The notes under the pieces are model-generated. The model was not told the DNA's origin, did not search any database, and saw only the letters and a program-made list of their open reading frames with translations. Of a stretch of 64,000 bases of DNA, positions 30,441 to 39,910 are shown in pieces; position 1 is the stretch's first letter; each line of letters starts with the position of its first letter. The position numbers were made by a program, and so were the translations under genes. The DNA comes from Candidatus Spongiisociaceae bacterium (GTDB taxonomy: Bacteria; Actinomycetota; Acidimicrobiia; Spongiisociales; Spongiisociaceae), in contig OZ243930.1 of the NCBI GenBank assembly GCA_965213975.1, positions 2,230,390 to 2,294,389 of the forward strand. Direction: 5' to 3'.

Positions 30441-32411
30441 TCAGATCACCCGCTCGGAACCGCCGTCGATGGGGATCTGGGCACCGGTGGTTGTCGCGAA
30501 GGTGTCGCCGCACAGTTCCACGACCACCTTCGCCACCCGTTCGGAGTTCACCTCGACACCGAGGAGGTTACGGGTGCGGTACTTGTCTGGGGTGATCCCG
30601 TAGGCGGCGGCCCGCTCCGCTATCAGCTTCTCGCTCCAGAGCGCGGTATCGAATACGCCATCCGGATGGACCATGTTGACGCGTATGCCATCCGATGCCC
30701 ATTCGAGAGCGGCCACCCGAGCTAGCTGGGTGACTGCTGCCTTGGACGCCGAGTAGGCGGCCGCGCCTCCACCCGGTGCCGGGACGTTCTTCGAACCGAT
30801 CACCACTACCCTGCCCCCCACCGGGGATCGGGACAGCATGGGGTGGGCCCCCGATAGCAGATCCGCCACTGCGTCCGAGTTGATGGCCATGACCGAACGC
30901 CAGCGCTCGACGTCCAGATCCTTGATCCGCGCCGCTTGACCGAAGATCCCGGCCGCCGCGATGACGATGTCGATCCCGCCGAAACGCTCAGCCACCCAGG
31001 AGAGCGCCGATTCCTGAGCTTTCGGGTCGGTGACGTCGCCTTCGATGCCCAGCCAGGCTGGACCGCCGAACGACGTCGCGACGGAAGGATCCAGGTCGAG
31101 TCCGGCCACCGCGCAACCCTGGGCGAGGAGGCGGGATGCGCAGGCTCGCCCGATTCCGGAAGCCGCTCCGGTCACCACGGCGACCATGCCCGCGAACTTG
31201 GGTGGCGAGCCCGCCCGGCGGAGTTTGGCTTGCTCCAGATCCCAGTACTCGACTTCGAACAGATCGCCAGCACCAAGCGCCTGGTACCCGCCCAAGTGAT
31301 CCTCGGATCGCTCAAGAACCGACATGGTGTGGTGATAGATATCGGAGGCGACCCGAGATGCCTTGGCGGTCTCGCCGACGGTCAGCAACCCCAAGGCCGG
31401 GTCGACAACGACGCGCGGCGCGGGGTCGAGCATGGTCAACTCGGTTCGGCCTCGATGCTGATTCTCTTTGAAGTAGCGGCGGTATCGCTCGACGTAACCG
31501 TCCACGTCGATACCGACCATAGGCAGGCGCTTGGTCCTGATCACGTGATCGGGGGTCAAGGGACCACGTGTCGCCAGGCTCTCGAGGTCGGAGCGGGCCA
31601 CGAACCTGGCAGCGGTTGGATCGGCATGACGTTCCATGATCATCGGTTGACCGGCTGCCTTCGAGATCCGGTATCGCAGGTCGGCTAAGTCCCGAGGGCA
31701 GGCGGGGGGCAGGCTCTTCTTCGGATCCGGATCGGGTTGGGGGGCGTGCTCATCCAACCATCGCTCGGCCGCGGTTATAAGCCGGATGTGCCGGTCGTAG
31801 GCGGTGCGCGTAGTGGCACCGAAGGTGAACAGGCCGTGGTTGAGCAGAACGATGCCCGATGCCTTGCCGCGGTCGTCACCCCACACCTCGACTACCGCCC
31901 GGGCTAGGTCGAACCCCGGCATAACGTAGGGAACGACCAAGACCTCGTTCCCGAGCGCCTCCCGCACCCGGGCTTCCCCGTCGGCCAGGTTGGTGAGGGT
32001 GACTATGACATCGGCGTGGCTGTGCTGAACGGCCCGGTGGGGAAGGAAAGCATGTAGCAGCGTTTCGACCGATGGCTGGGGAGCACCGGGATCAAGCCGA
32101 GCGGCCGCCAGCTCGCGCATCATGTCCGGATCGGACAGCCTCTCAAGAGCCAACAGATCATGGAGCCGATCCAGGGGCAAGGGCGTAAACCCCCCGGCCT
32201 CGATGGTGGCGAGGTCCCAGCCGGATCCTTTGACATACAGGGCATCGATCATGCGACCGGTGATGTCTCCAAAAGGTGCCTTCACAGAGGTGTTACCTCC
32301 GCCGTGAAGAACCAGGTTGGGGTCGCCCCCGAGGAGGCGGGATCCGTAGACGCATCCGCCGAGGGGGCCGTCGAAGGCGGCCGCTTCGCTATCCGACCAG
32401 AGGTTATCCAT
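30441..32411 (-). CDS. Bifunctional class II aldolase/adducin-domain and short-chain dehydrogenase/reductase fusion (rhamnulose-1-phosphate aldolase/SDR-like). Start assigned to MDNLWSD...
   Basis: The N-terminal ~430 aa is a class II aldolase (metal-binding His region HSHADVIV; NHGLFTFG). The C-terminal ~220 aa is an SDR (VTGAASGIGRA, catalytic YSASKAA). Confidence 0.85.
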   Translation of the reverse strand: MDNLWSDSEAAAFDGPLGGCVYGSRLLGGDPNLVLHGGGNTSVKAPFGDITGRMIDALYVKGSGWDLATIEAGGFTPLPLDRLHDLLALERLSDPDMMRELAAARLDPGAPQPSVETLLHAFLPHRAVQHSHADVIVTLTNLADGEARVREALGNEVLVVPYVMPGFDLARAVVEVWGDDRGKASGIVLLNHGLFTFGATTRTAYDRHIRLITAAERWLDEHAPQPDPDPKKSLPPACPRDLADLRYRISKAAGQPMIMERHADPTAARFVARSDLESLATRGPLTPDHVIRTKRLPMVGIDVDGYVERYRRYFKENQHRGRTELTMLDPAPRVVVDPALGLLTVGETAKASRVASDIYHHTMSVLERSEDHLGGYQALGAGDLFEVEYWDLEQAKLRRAGSPPKFAGMVAVVTGAASGIGRACASRLLAQGCAVAGLDLDPSVATSFGGPAWLGIEGDVTDPKAQESALSWVAERFGGIDIVIAAAGIFGQAARIKDLDVERWRSVMAINSDAVADLLSGAHPMLSRSPVGGRVVVIGSKNVPAPGGGAAAYSASKAAVTQLARVAALEWASDGIRVNMVHPDGVFDTALWSEKLIAERAAAYGITPDKYRTRNLLGVEVNSERVAKVVVELCGDTFATTTGAQIPIDGGSERVI

Positions 32412-32427
32412 CGGGACCTGAATACCT

Positions 32428-32531
32428 AATCTTGTGGAGCGATGGCCCACAGTTTCTCCCGGTTTCTGTCCGGGCGTGGCCGACCGCGTTCCTCCTTGGC
32501 GGCGGTGGGGGTGGGGAACCCAGCGAAGCTG
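32428..32531 (+). repeat. Copy B of the same repeat family: a 5'-truncated, more diverged copy
   Basis: It aligns at about 75% identity to the 3' half of copy A (ATCTTGT.GAGC...CTCCCGG.TTC.GTCCGGGC.TGGCCGACC.CG.T.C...GGTGGGGGTGGGG...CCAGCGAAGCTGG). It abuts the start of the aldolase/SDR gene. Confidence 0.65.
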
Positions 32532-32732
32532 GCCTTGTGGGCTTGGGGATGGTCGACAGTCTCACGTTATCTGTCTGCTGGTTTTGTGTCAGGCGCAGTC
32601 GCTAAGTCCTGCTTCTTCGAAGTTATGGGCTCAACGGACGTGTACTGCATCTACGACCTCGAATCTTATCGCTCAGCGGTTGTGGGCGTAGCCGACCCTC
32701 CCGATCCTGGATAGGCCTGCCCTAGGGGTAGG

Positions 32733-33653
32733 GTGGAAGCCGTGCTTGGATGTGATCCCGTCCCGCTAGGGGGCCGTCCGGGGCAGAGAACGGTGGGTCT
32801 GTATCCCACCCGCCGCCACCTCCCGGCCTCCGATGGTGCCGGACTCAGCGTTATCTTGTGGCCCGGTACTCACCGGACCGGGTTTCTGCTGGTCCACGGT
32901 CTCTCGTCTAATGCCCGGTTGTGGGACGGTGTCTCCGAACGCCTAGTGGCGCAGGGCTACCCCGTGGTGGCGGTAGATCAGCGTTCCCACGGACGATCCG
33001 ACCGAGTGGAGGGTCCTTTCGACTTTGCCACGTTGGCCGACGACCTGGCGACGGTCATCGAAGGGGTCTTCGCCCCGGAGACGGCAGTGGTGGTGGCCGG
33101 ACAATCTCTGGGCGGCAACGTGGTTGTGGAGTTGGCTCGCCGCCACCCCCAGAAGGTGGCGGGGGCGGCGTTCATCGATGGGGGCTTCATCACCTTGGCC
33201 GACCATTTTGCCGATTGGGAGACAGCTCTGGCAGAGCTGACCCCTCCCTCGTTCGAAGGCCTCACCCCGGCTGTCCTGGAGAGAAGGATCCGGGAGCATC
33301 ACCCGGATTGGCCCGAGAGCGGCATCAAGGGACAGATGGCCAATTTCGCCACGGCGTCTGATGGAACCCTGCGACCTCACCTGGCCAGAGAACACCACTT
33401 GATGTTGCTGCGCGAGATGTGGGAGCACCACCCGGCGGAGGTGGCTCCGTTCGTGGAGTGTCCAGCGCTGATCGTGGCTGCTCAGGACCCTTCGCCAGCG
33501 GGGGCGGCCAAGCGGGAGACGGTCGACCGGTTCTTCCGAAGGCTGCCTAGGGGGAGGCGGATCTGGGTGGAGGCCGATCATGACCTCCACGCTCAGTATC
33601 CGGGCCGCACCTCAGGCTGGCTGGAGGAACTGGCTGGGGAGATCTTGCGTTGA
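32733..33653 (+). CDS. Alpha/beta-fold hydrolase
   Basis: GQSLGG nucleophile elbow and an HGxxxN-type lid pattern (LLVHGLSSNARLW). Its stop overlaps the start of the next gene. Confidence 0.7.
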   Translation: MEAVLGCDPVPLGGRPGQRTVGLYPTRRHLPASDGAGLSVILWPGTHRTGFLLVHGLSSNARLWDGVSERLVAQGYPVVAVDQRSHGRSDRVEGPFDFATLADDLATVIEGVFAPETAVVVAGQSLGGNVVVELARRHPQKVAGAAFIDGGFITLADHFADWETALAELTPPSFEGLTPAVLERRIREHHPDWPESGIKGQMANFATASDGTLRPHLAREHHLMLLREMWEHHPAEVAPFVECPALIVAAQDPSPAGAAKRETVDRFFRRLPRGRRIWVEADHDLHAQYPGRTSGWLEELAGEILR

Positions 33654-34831
33654 GCGCTGGCCGCCTCATCCTGATGGGATCGGGGGAGACCTCCGGCCGG
33701 TTGGTGGCCGCCCACCGCCTGGGGATCAAGGCAGCCCGCGCCGGAGAAGTGCTGGTGCTTGACACCCCCTACGGGTTTCAAGAGAACGCTGCCATTCTGT
33801 CGGAACGGCTGACCGACTTCTTCCGAACCAGCCTGGTTGTAGAGGCCGAAGTGGCTTCCTATCGGTCGGGCCGTGACGGGGCGGTCGCCCTAGAGCGGAT
33901 GCTGGCCGCGGTACGGAACGCCCGCTACGTGTTCACCGGACCGGGCTCGCCGGGGTACGCCCTCGGCGTCTGGCGTGACACGGGGCTGGCAGCCGCCTTG
34001 CGTAACCGGCTCGCCTACGGTGCCACGGTGACCCTAGCCTCGGCGGCGGCCCTGACCGCCGGGGTCAAGACCCTCCCCGTCTACGAGATATACAAGGCGG
34101 GAAGCGACCTGGAATGGCTAGAGGGGTTGGACGTAGCCTCACACCTCGGCCTAAGAGCAGTGGTCGTACCCCACTGGAACAACACCGAGGGACAGGGGTT
34201 CGACACCAGCCGCTGCTACATGGGCCGTCGCCGCTTCCAGATCCTGCGTGGCCAGCTCCCGGAGGGCGTGGGCGTGATCGGAGTGGACGAGCACACCGCC
34301 GCCATCATCGACTTCGGCAAGGGCAGTCTGGACGTGCTCGGTGCTGGAGGAGTCACGCTTTGCGGTGCCGAAGCCACGTTCGTCGGTGATGGGGCGACCA
34401 TGCCTCTCGAGACCATGCTGGAGCTCCTCGAGAGCGAGCCTCCTCCGGCACCCGCCTGCACCCGCGAGTCCCGACCCGACTTCGCCCGCGCCGTGGATGC
34501 TGGTTCGGCCGAAGGTATCGCCGGAGTCCTGCTCGATGTTGAGACGCGGGCCGCTACCGGGTCGCCGTCCGCAAGAGAGGCCCTACGTGGCATGATCCTG
34601 GAGCTGTCTGATCTAGCGGTAGACGGCTTGGCCGACCCGTTACAGCGTGTGGGAGGATTCGTGGAGCTGCTTGTCGGAACGAGGGACCGCCTCCGCGCCA
34701 ACCAACGCTGGGAAGAAGCTGACCACATCCGGTCCGGCCTCACCTCGCTTGGGGTCACCCTCCAGGACACACCCGACGGAACAACGTGGGCCCTGGAGGA
34801 CACCAAACGGTCCGGCCCCAAGCACCGGTAG
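33650..34831 (+). CDS. Uncharacterised two-domain protein: an N-terminal peptidase-S51/class-I glutamine-amidotransferase-like fold joined to a C-terminal segment resembling the CysRS C-terminal anticodon-binding tail
   Basis: The N-terminus (RLILMGSGETS...) resembles the dipeptidase E/cyanophycinase fold. The C-terminus (TRDRLRANQRWEEADHIRSGLTSLGVTLQDTPDGTTW) resembles the CysS/MshC C-terminal motif (...ARAAKDW..AD.IRD.L...G..L.DTP.G..W). The domain assignment rests on remembered motifs only. Confidence 0.35.
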   Translation: MSAGRLILMGSGETSGRLVAAHRLGIKAARAGEVLVLDTPYGFQENAAILSERLTDFFRTSLVVEAEVASYRSGRDGAVALERMLAAVRNARYVFTGPGSPGYALGVWRDTGLAAALRNRLAYGATVTLASAAALTAGVKTLPVYEIYKAGSDLEWLEGLDVASHLGLRAVVVPHWNNTEGQGFDTSRCYMGRRRFQILRGQLPEGVGVIGVDEHTAAIIDFGKGSLDVLGAGGVTLCGAEATFVGDGATMPLETMLELLESEPPPAPACTRESRPDFARAVDAGSAEGIAGVLLDVETRAATGSPSAREALRGMILELSDLAVDGLADPLQRVGGFVELLVGTRDRLRANQRWEEADHIRSGLTSLGVTLQDTPDGTTWALEDTKRSGPKHR

Positions 34832-34982
34832 AAGAGGATCCTGGCTCAGCCCTCGGGATTGGACGCTCCGGCACCAATCGTCATGAGCCAGATGCTGCTC
34901 TGGCGATGCTTGGCCTGTCGCTCAAGCCCGGCGAGGGCGTATCCCGGGCACGAAGCGGTGCCAAGGTTGCCTCAGGGTGCGG

Positions 34983-35765
34983 TCAGTACCAGGTGTCGCC
35001 GCCGTCAACGTTGATTGCCTGTCCTCGGATGATCCGTGCATCGTCTGACAGGAGGAAGGCGATCACCCGACCAACTTCTCGCGGGGTGACTTTTCGGCCC
35101 AGCTGGGCGGGTCCCATGGACATCAGAAGTTCTTCGGCGGGAAGGTCGAGTCGAGGTGACAGCCATTCGGCCACACCGACCAGCATGGGAGTGTCGACAC
35201 CACCTGGACACACCGCGTTCACGTTGATTCCGTGCTCGGCCCATTCCATCGATAAGGACCTAGTCAGGCCGAGCACCGCCGACTTGGAGGCGTTGTAGGC
35301 GGCCATGTTCGGGTAACCGACTTTGCCGCAGTTCGACGCCACGTTGACGATGGCTCCCCCGCCTCCGTCCCGAAGTTGCCTGCCCACCGCCTGCGCCACC
35401 TGAAACGACCCGGTTACGTTGACCTCCAGCTGGCGATTCCAGTCGGGGCCGGACGCGTTCCAGGCGTCGTCCAGCACAACCACGCCAGCGTTGTTGACCG
35501 CACCGTCAAGGCGACCGAACAGACCCGAAGCCTTGCTGACCACAGACTCGACGTCTTCGGCCGAGGTTACGTCCCCTTCGAAGGCCTTGGTCGAGTTGCC
35601 ACCCGGATCGAGCCGGTCGGCGACTCCTCGCGACCTGTCAAGGTTGAGGTCCATCAGGGCTACTCGGCCACCCTCCTCAAGGATCGCTTGCGTGATGCCT
35701 TCCCCGATGCCCCCGCCAGCCCCGGTCACCAGATAGGCCCGTCGGTCAAGCCTGCTACCGCTCAT
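34983..35765 (-). CDS. Short-chain dehydrogenase/reductase
   Basis: VTGAGGGIGEG cofactor motif, NNAG, and a catalytic YNASKSA triad. Confidence 0.85.
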   Translation of the reverse strand: MSGSRLDRRAYLVTGAGGGIGEGITQAILEEGGRVALMDLNLDRSRGVADRLDPGGNSTKAFEGDVTSAEDVESVVSKASGLFGRLDGAVNNAGVVVLDDAWNASGPDWNRQLEVNVTGSFQVAQAVGRQLRDGGGGAIVNVASNCGKVGYPNMAAYNASKSAVLGLTRSLSMEWAEHGINVNAVCPGGVDTPMLVGVAEWLSPRLDLPAEELLMSMGPAQLGRKVTPREVGRVIAFLLSDDARIIRGQAINVDGGDTWY

Positions 35766-35777
35766 TATTGATTCTCC

Positions 35778-36557
35778 TCACCAGGTGGGCCGACTCAGAA
35801 CGCCGCCGTCAACCACCAGGTTGGTCCCGGTGATCCAACGAGCCAGGTCAGAGCACAGGAAGACGCAGGCGTCCCCGATGTCCTCCGCTGTGCCGAGCCT
35901 ACCCAACGGGCACGCTTCTCCCCATCGGCGGACCCCATCGGGCCAGTCTGAAGCTATTCCCGGTCGGGCTATCAGGCCGGGCGAGACAGTGTTGATCCGG
36001 ATGCCTTCCGGACCGTACTCCAACGCCGCCGCGCGGGCGTGCATGATCAGTCCCGCCTTGGAGACCGCGTAGTGCCCGTGGCCCGGTGCCGGGTTGATCC
36101 CTTCTATCGAGGAGATGTGGACGATTGACCCACCGTTTCCACGGTCGATCATCGCCGAGGCGGCGGCTTGGGTGAGCCGGTGAACCGCGGTCAGGTTGGT
36201 GTCGATCATCCCCGACCACTCGAGGTCGCTTAGGCCAGCCATAGGTGACACCGGTTGGATCCCGGCGTTGTTGACGAGAGCGTCTAATCGGCCGAAGTCC
36301 GCCAAGACTGCCTCCACTAGCTGGCGGGGCCCGTCAGTGGTGGCGAGATCGGCTTCTACGGTCGTGAGGGTTTCTCCAGATCGGTCCTGCAGGTGGCCAA
36401 CCGGCGAATTACGGGTATGGGCCACCACGGTGGCACCCGCCCCCACCAATCGTCGGGCGATGCCGGACCCGATGTTGCCTCCGCTGCCAGTGACCACCAC
36501 CACCCGACCCGCCAGATCGATCATTTGGGCAGGCGTAGGTAGATCATTCATGAACAT
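35778..36557 (-). CDS. Short-chain dehydrogenase/reductase. The start is uncertain: candidate Met codons lie at 36557, 36551 and 36524.
   Basis: VTGSGGNIGSG, NNAG and a catalytic YAVSKAG triad. Confidence 0.8.
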   Translation of the reverse strand: MFMNDLPTPAQMIDLAGRVVVVTGSGGNIGSGIARRLVGAGATVVAHTRNSPVGHLQDRSGETLTTVEADLATTDGPRQLVEAVLADFGRLDALVNNAGIQPVSPMAGLSDLEWSGMIDTNLTAVHRLTQAAASAMIDRGNGGSIVHISSIEGINPAPGHGHYAVSKAGLIMHARAAALEYGPEGIRINTVSPGLIARPGIASDWPDGVRRWGEACPLGRLGTAEDIGDACVFLCSDLARWITGTNLVVDGGVLSRPTW

Positions 36558-36736
36558 GTTCCTCTCGACCGATGGAACTTGCGTCTGGACGTCCTCGGGG
36601 GGTCGGAGCGAGACCACCCCAGCTTGATGCAAATGGCTCCGTCCCTCCTCCGGAGAGCGAATGATAGGTCCCCTGGGTGGGGGGAGGGTTGGGGAGACCG
36701 GGGGCAGACCCGAACCCGACTACCGACTCCATGTGG

Positions 36737-37183
36737 TCAGGGTCTTATATGCCGAAGGATCCGGTCGGCGGCCGATGGGTATCGGCGGATGAGATCGTCG
36801 GCCTTGCCTAGCTCAAACCGTTCATGGCAGTAGGGAGGTGCCATCGTGGCACCCATCAGGGACCAATTGCCTAAGGTGCGTGCCCCCATCCATACCCCGG
36901 CTGGCACTGACACACAGGGCCGATGTCCTGCCACCAGATCACAGCCGAGCACCGGCTCCTGCACTCCTCCGTCGGCATCCAGTAGCAACATCTGCACCGG
37001 ATCGCCCATGTAGTGATGCCACAACTCCGGCGCGTGGAGCCGGTGCAGCGCCGAGAAGTCATCCGGTCGCAGCAGGTAGTAGATGCCGCTCCCATGGTCA
37101 TCCCGCCACGTACGAGCCCACATCCCCCCTTCTTCGGGAAGTGGCGAGAGTCCCAGCAGGTTGACTACTTCGGCGGCGGTCAC
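36737..37183 (-). CDS. Cupin-fold protein of the DUF985 family. Its GTG start overlaps the upstream stop (GTGA).
   Basis: TAAEVVNLLGLSPLPEEGG...IYYLL...LHRL..ELWHHY.GDP...LL matches the DUF985/Cupin_5 family pattern. Confidence 0.6.
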   Translation of the reverse strand: MTAAEVVNLLGLSPLPEEGGMWARTWRDDHGSGIYYLLRPDDFSALHRLHAPELWHHYMGDPVQMLLLDADGGVQEPVLGCDLVAGHRPCVSVPAGVWMGARTLGNWSLMGATMAPPYCHERFELGKADDLIRRYPSAADRILRHIRP

Positions 37184-38484
37184 CGGGCCAGTCGCCTCGC
37201 CCGTCGTTCCATATCCACACGGACTGACCGGGTATCGATCGATGTCACCCGCCCGTTCTCCACCACTTGTTGGCCACCAACCCAAACCGATCGCACCGCC
37301 TGGGGCGATCCGGACCACACCACCCGGGAGACCGGATCGTCTTCTTCGGGGATCACCGGGTTCAGGGCCGCTTCGGTGGCTGAGATTGCCACCATGTCAG
37401 CCCACGCCCCCGGTGCGAGCCGTCCGAGATCGGGCCGGTCGATGCAGTCCGCTGCTCCCGCTGTCGCCATGTGGAGAGCCTGGCTCGCCGGGAGGACACC
37501 GGCGTCTCCGGCCCTCAGGCGCGCCACGCGGCTGGCCATTCGCATCTCCTCGAAGAGATCAAGCCGATGGTGCGATGCCGGACCGTCGGTGCCCAGCCCT
37601 ACCGATACTCCTGCCTCGACCAAGTCGAGAACTCGCGCCACGCCCGAGCCGTGCTTGGAGTTGGAACACGGACAGTGTGCTACTGCCGTCCGGTTTAGCG
37701 CCAGCACCTTGATGTCGTCGTCCGACAGCCACACCGCATGGGCGGCCAGCGCCCGACCCTCAAGAAGCCCTAACGACTCAAGGTAGGCCGGGGCGGACAT
37801 TCCGGAGCGTTCCCGCACCGCGCCATCTTCCCACTCCTGCTCGGCCACATGGACGTTCACCAGCATGCCGGTCTCGGCGGCGACCACGGCGATCTGTCGG
37901 AGGCACTCGTCGGACAAGGAGTAGGCGGCGTGGGGTCCAAGGCCCACCTCGATCAGATCGTTGGATGCCCAACGTGCCCCGGTGGCGACCATTTCCTCAA
38001 GCTGCGACTCCCAGGTACCGAACCGGGCGAGCTGTTCGTCTTCGATGACGGGAGCGGTCACCAGACACCGGAGACCCGCTTCGGAGGCACCGGTCGCGAC
38101 CGCGTCCCCATGGAAGTACATCTCGACTGAGGTGGTAATACCGTTGGCGAGCAGCTCGCCCGCCCCGGCCTGCATCCCGATCCGCACATCCTCGGGAGTG
38201 AGGCGAGATTCCCGGGGCCACATGACCTCGTGGAGCCAGCGATCCACTGGTAGTCCCTCGCCCGCTCCCCGCAGCAAGACCATCGGCGTGTGACAGTGGA
38301 TGTTCACCATTCCAGGCATCAAAATGCCGTCAATAGCGTGGACGGTTACGTTGGGTAGTTGGGGCGCTTCGGCGGCCGGACCCGACCAGACGACGCGTCC
38401 GCTCTCGACGTCCACCACCCCATCGGGCACCGGTTGCGCGTCCCCCGACATGGTCAACAACGTATCCGCTCGATAGCGATCCAT
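37180..38484 (-). CDS. Amidohydrolase-superfamily nucleoside/nucleobase deaminase, MtaD-like (5'-methylthioadenosine/S-adenosylhomocysteine deaminase family)
   Basis: 434 aa. HxH metal motif (MVNIHCHTPM), HVAE (a mid-protein metal-ligand His), and a C-terminal HAVW...D region, typical of the cytosine/guanine/MTA deaminase subgroup. Confidence 0.75.
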   Translation of the reverse strand: MDRYRADTLLTMSGDAQPVPDGVVDVESGRVVWSGPAAEAPQLPNVTVHAIDGILMPGMVNIHCHTPMVLLRGAGEGLPVDRWLHEVMWPRESRLTPEDVRIGMQAGAGELLANGITTSVEMYFHGDAVATGASEAGLRCLVTAPVIEDEQLARFGTWESQLEEMVATGARWASNDLIEVGLGPHAAYSLSDECLRQIAVVAAETGMLVNVHVAEQEWEDGAVRERSGMSAPAYLESLGLLEGRALAAHAVWLSDDDIKVLALNRTAVAHCPCSNSKHGSGVARVLDLVEAGVSVGLGTDGPASHHRLDLFEEMRMASRVARLRAGDAGVLPASQALHMATAGAADCIDRPDLGRLAPGAWADMVAISATEAALNPVIPEEDDPVSRVVWSGSPQAVRSVWVGGQQVVENGRVTSIDTRSVRVDMERRARRLAR

Positions 38485-38778
38485 ACCTAGTCTCTATCCT
38501 CTCGTACCGCCGATCCCGGAGAGCCACTCCAGAACCCGTTAAGGGGGGTCAATCCATCACCTAGTTAAGCATCACGGCGGTCCGTAGTCCCACCGAGGAC
38601 TCACGGCATTTGGGACAACCCAAGGCCGAACTGCCACCGGCCCTGCAAAGAGCAGGCCGAGGACCTGTGGTACGGCCCAGGACCCCGGCGAGCGACGGTC
38701 AGAATAAGCCGGAAACCCCGCCCATCGAACGGGTGGGTCGGAGGGCAGCGACAAGCCCCCATAGCTAGGCTTGACTAG

Positions 38779-39828
38779 GTGTCATCACTTGCAGGTCGCT
38801 CGCTGGATTGGGTCGACGAGGCCGTGCTCATGGTTGACCAGACCCGGCTCCCGGACACCTACGAGACGCTACGGATCGAGGCGGTGCCGGACATGGTGGC
38901 TGCTATCCGCCGTCTCTCGGTGCGAGGGGCCCCGGCGATCGGGGTAGCTGGCGCGATGGGGGTGGTTCTGGCCATACAAGCCCACGGCACATCGGGCCTT
39001 GGGCTCGACTCGGCCTTGGAGTCCCTCCGCCAGGCCCGCCCGACCGCGGTGAACCTCGCCCGCATGGTGGATCGGGTGGCATCCGTGGCCGCACAGGGCC
39101 GAGACCGGGCCTTAGAGGAGGCGCTGCGCATACGGGATGAGGAGATCGCGGCGTCTATCTCAATGGGTGAGTACGGTGCCGATTTGGTCCTGCAACTCGT
39201 CAACGAATCCTCGGCAACGGCCATGACCATATGCAACACCGGAGGCCTAGCCACCATCGAACGGGGAACTGCGCTCGCCGTGATCCAGACCCTCCACGAG
39301 CGGGGTGCCCTCGCCGAGGCCTTAGCCTTAGAAACCCGACCTCTTCTGCAGGGGGCCCGCCTGACTACCTGGGAATTGGGTCGAATGGGAGCCCCGCACC
39401 GACTCCTGGTCGACTCCGCCGCCTCCTTCATGCTGGCCCGCCGCCAAGCAGACGTAGTCCTGACGGGTGCGGATCGGGTTGCCGCCAACGGTGACACCGC
39501 CAACAAGATCGGCACCTTTTCCCTGGCTCTCGGGGCCCGGAACGCCGGGGTTCCTTTCATCGTGGTGGCCCCAGAGTCAACGCTGGACTTCGACACTCCG
39601 GATGGCGATTCCATACCCATAGAGGACCGGGATGGCGAAGAGGTGGTGGCGGTCCGGACCGCTCAGACGGCACCCGAGAACACCCGGGCGGCCAACCCAG
39701 CCTTCGATGTCACACCGGCTTCCTTGATAACCGCCATCGTGACCGATCGCCGGGTGGTCCGCCTGGATGAGGGTGATAGCCTGAGTTCGATTCCACTTGG
39801 GCCATTACGCGTCCCGAGCAGTGATTAG
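38779..39828 (+). CDS. mtnA: S-methyl-5-thioribose-1-phosphate isomerase (eIF-2B alpha/beta/delta-related). GTG start.
   Basis: 349 aa in the MtnA/e2B2 family. Matching segments include VRGAPAIGVAGAMG, CNTGGLAT and TGADRVAANGDTANKIGT. Confidence 0.85.
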   Translation: MSSLAGRSLDWVDEAVLMVDQTRLPDTYETLRIEAVPDMVAAIRRLSVRGAPAIGVAGAMGVVLAIQAHGTSGLGLDSALESLRQARPTAVNLARMVDRVASVAAQGRDRALEEALRIRDEEIAASISMGEYGADLVLQLVNESSATAMTICNTGGLATIERGTALAVIQTLHERGALAEALALETRPLLQGARLTTWELGRMGAPHRLLVDSAASFMLARRQADVVLTGADRVAANGDTANKIGTFSLALGARNAGVPFIVVAPESTLDFDTPDGDSIPIEDRDGEEVVAVRTAQTAPENTRAANPAFDVTPASLITAIVTDRRVVRLDEGDSLSSIPLGPLRVPSSD

Positions 39829-39910
39829 GGAAGACTCGAATCGCGCCCCCAACCTTTCAAGGACCGGGGGACTGTCTATAGCGAAAACCGGAGAAAGGGA
39901 GAACAGAATT

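Noticed and set aside
38485-38778. A 294-bp GC-rich divergent intergenic region between the MtaD-like and mtnA genes, considered as a possible riboswitch or sRNA
   Set aside because: I could not recognise a consensus for SAM, SAH or other riboswitches. It is probably a divergent promoter region, and mtnA may be leaderless (TAGGCT about 8 nt upstream of the GTG). It is left unannotated.
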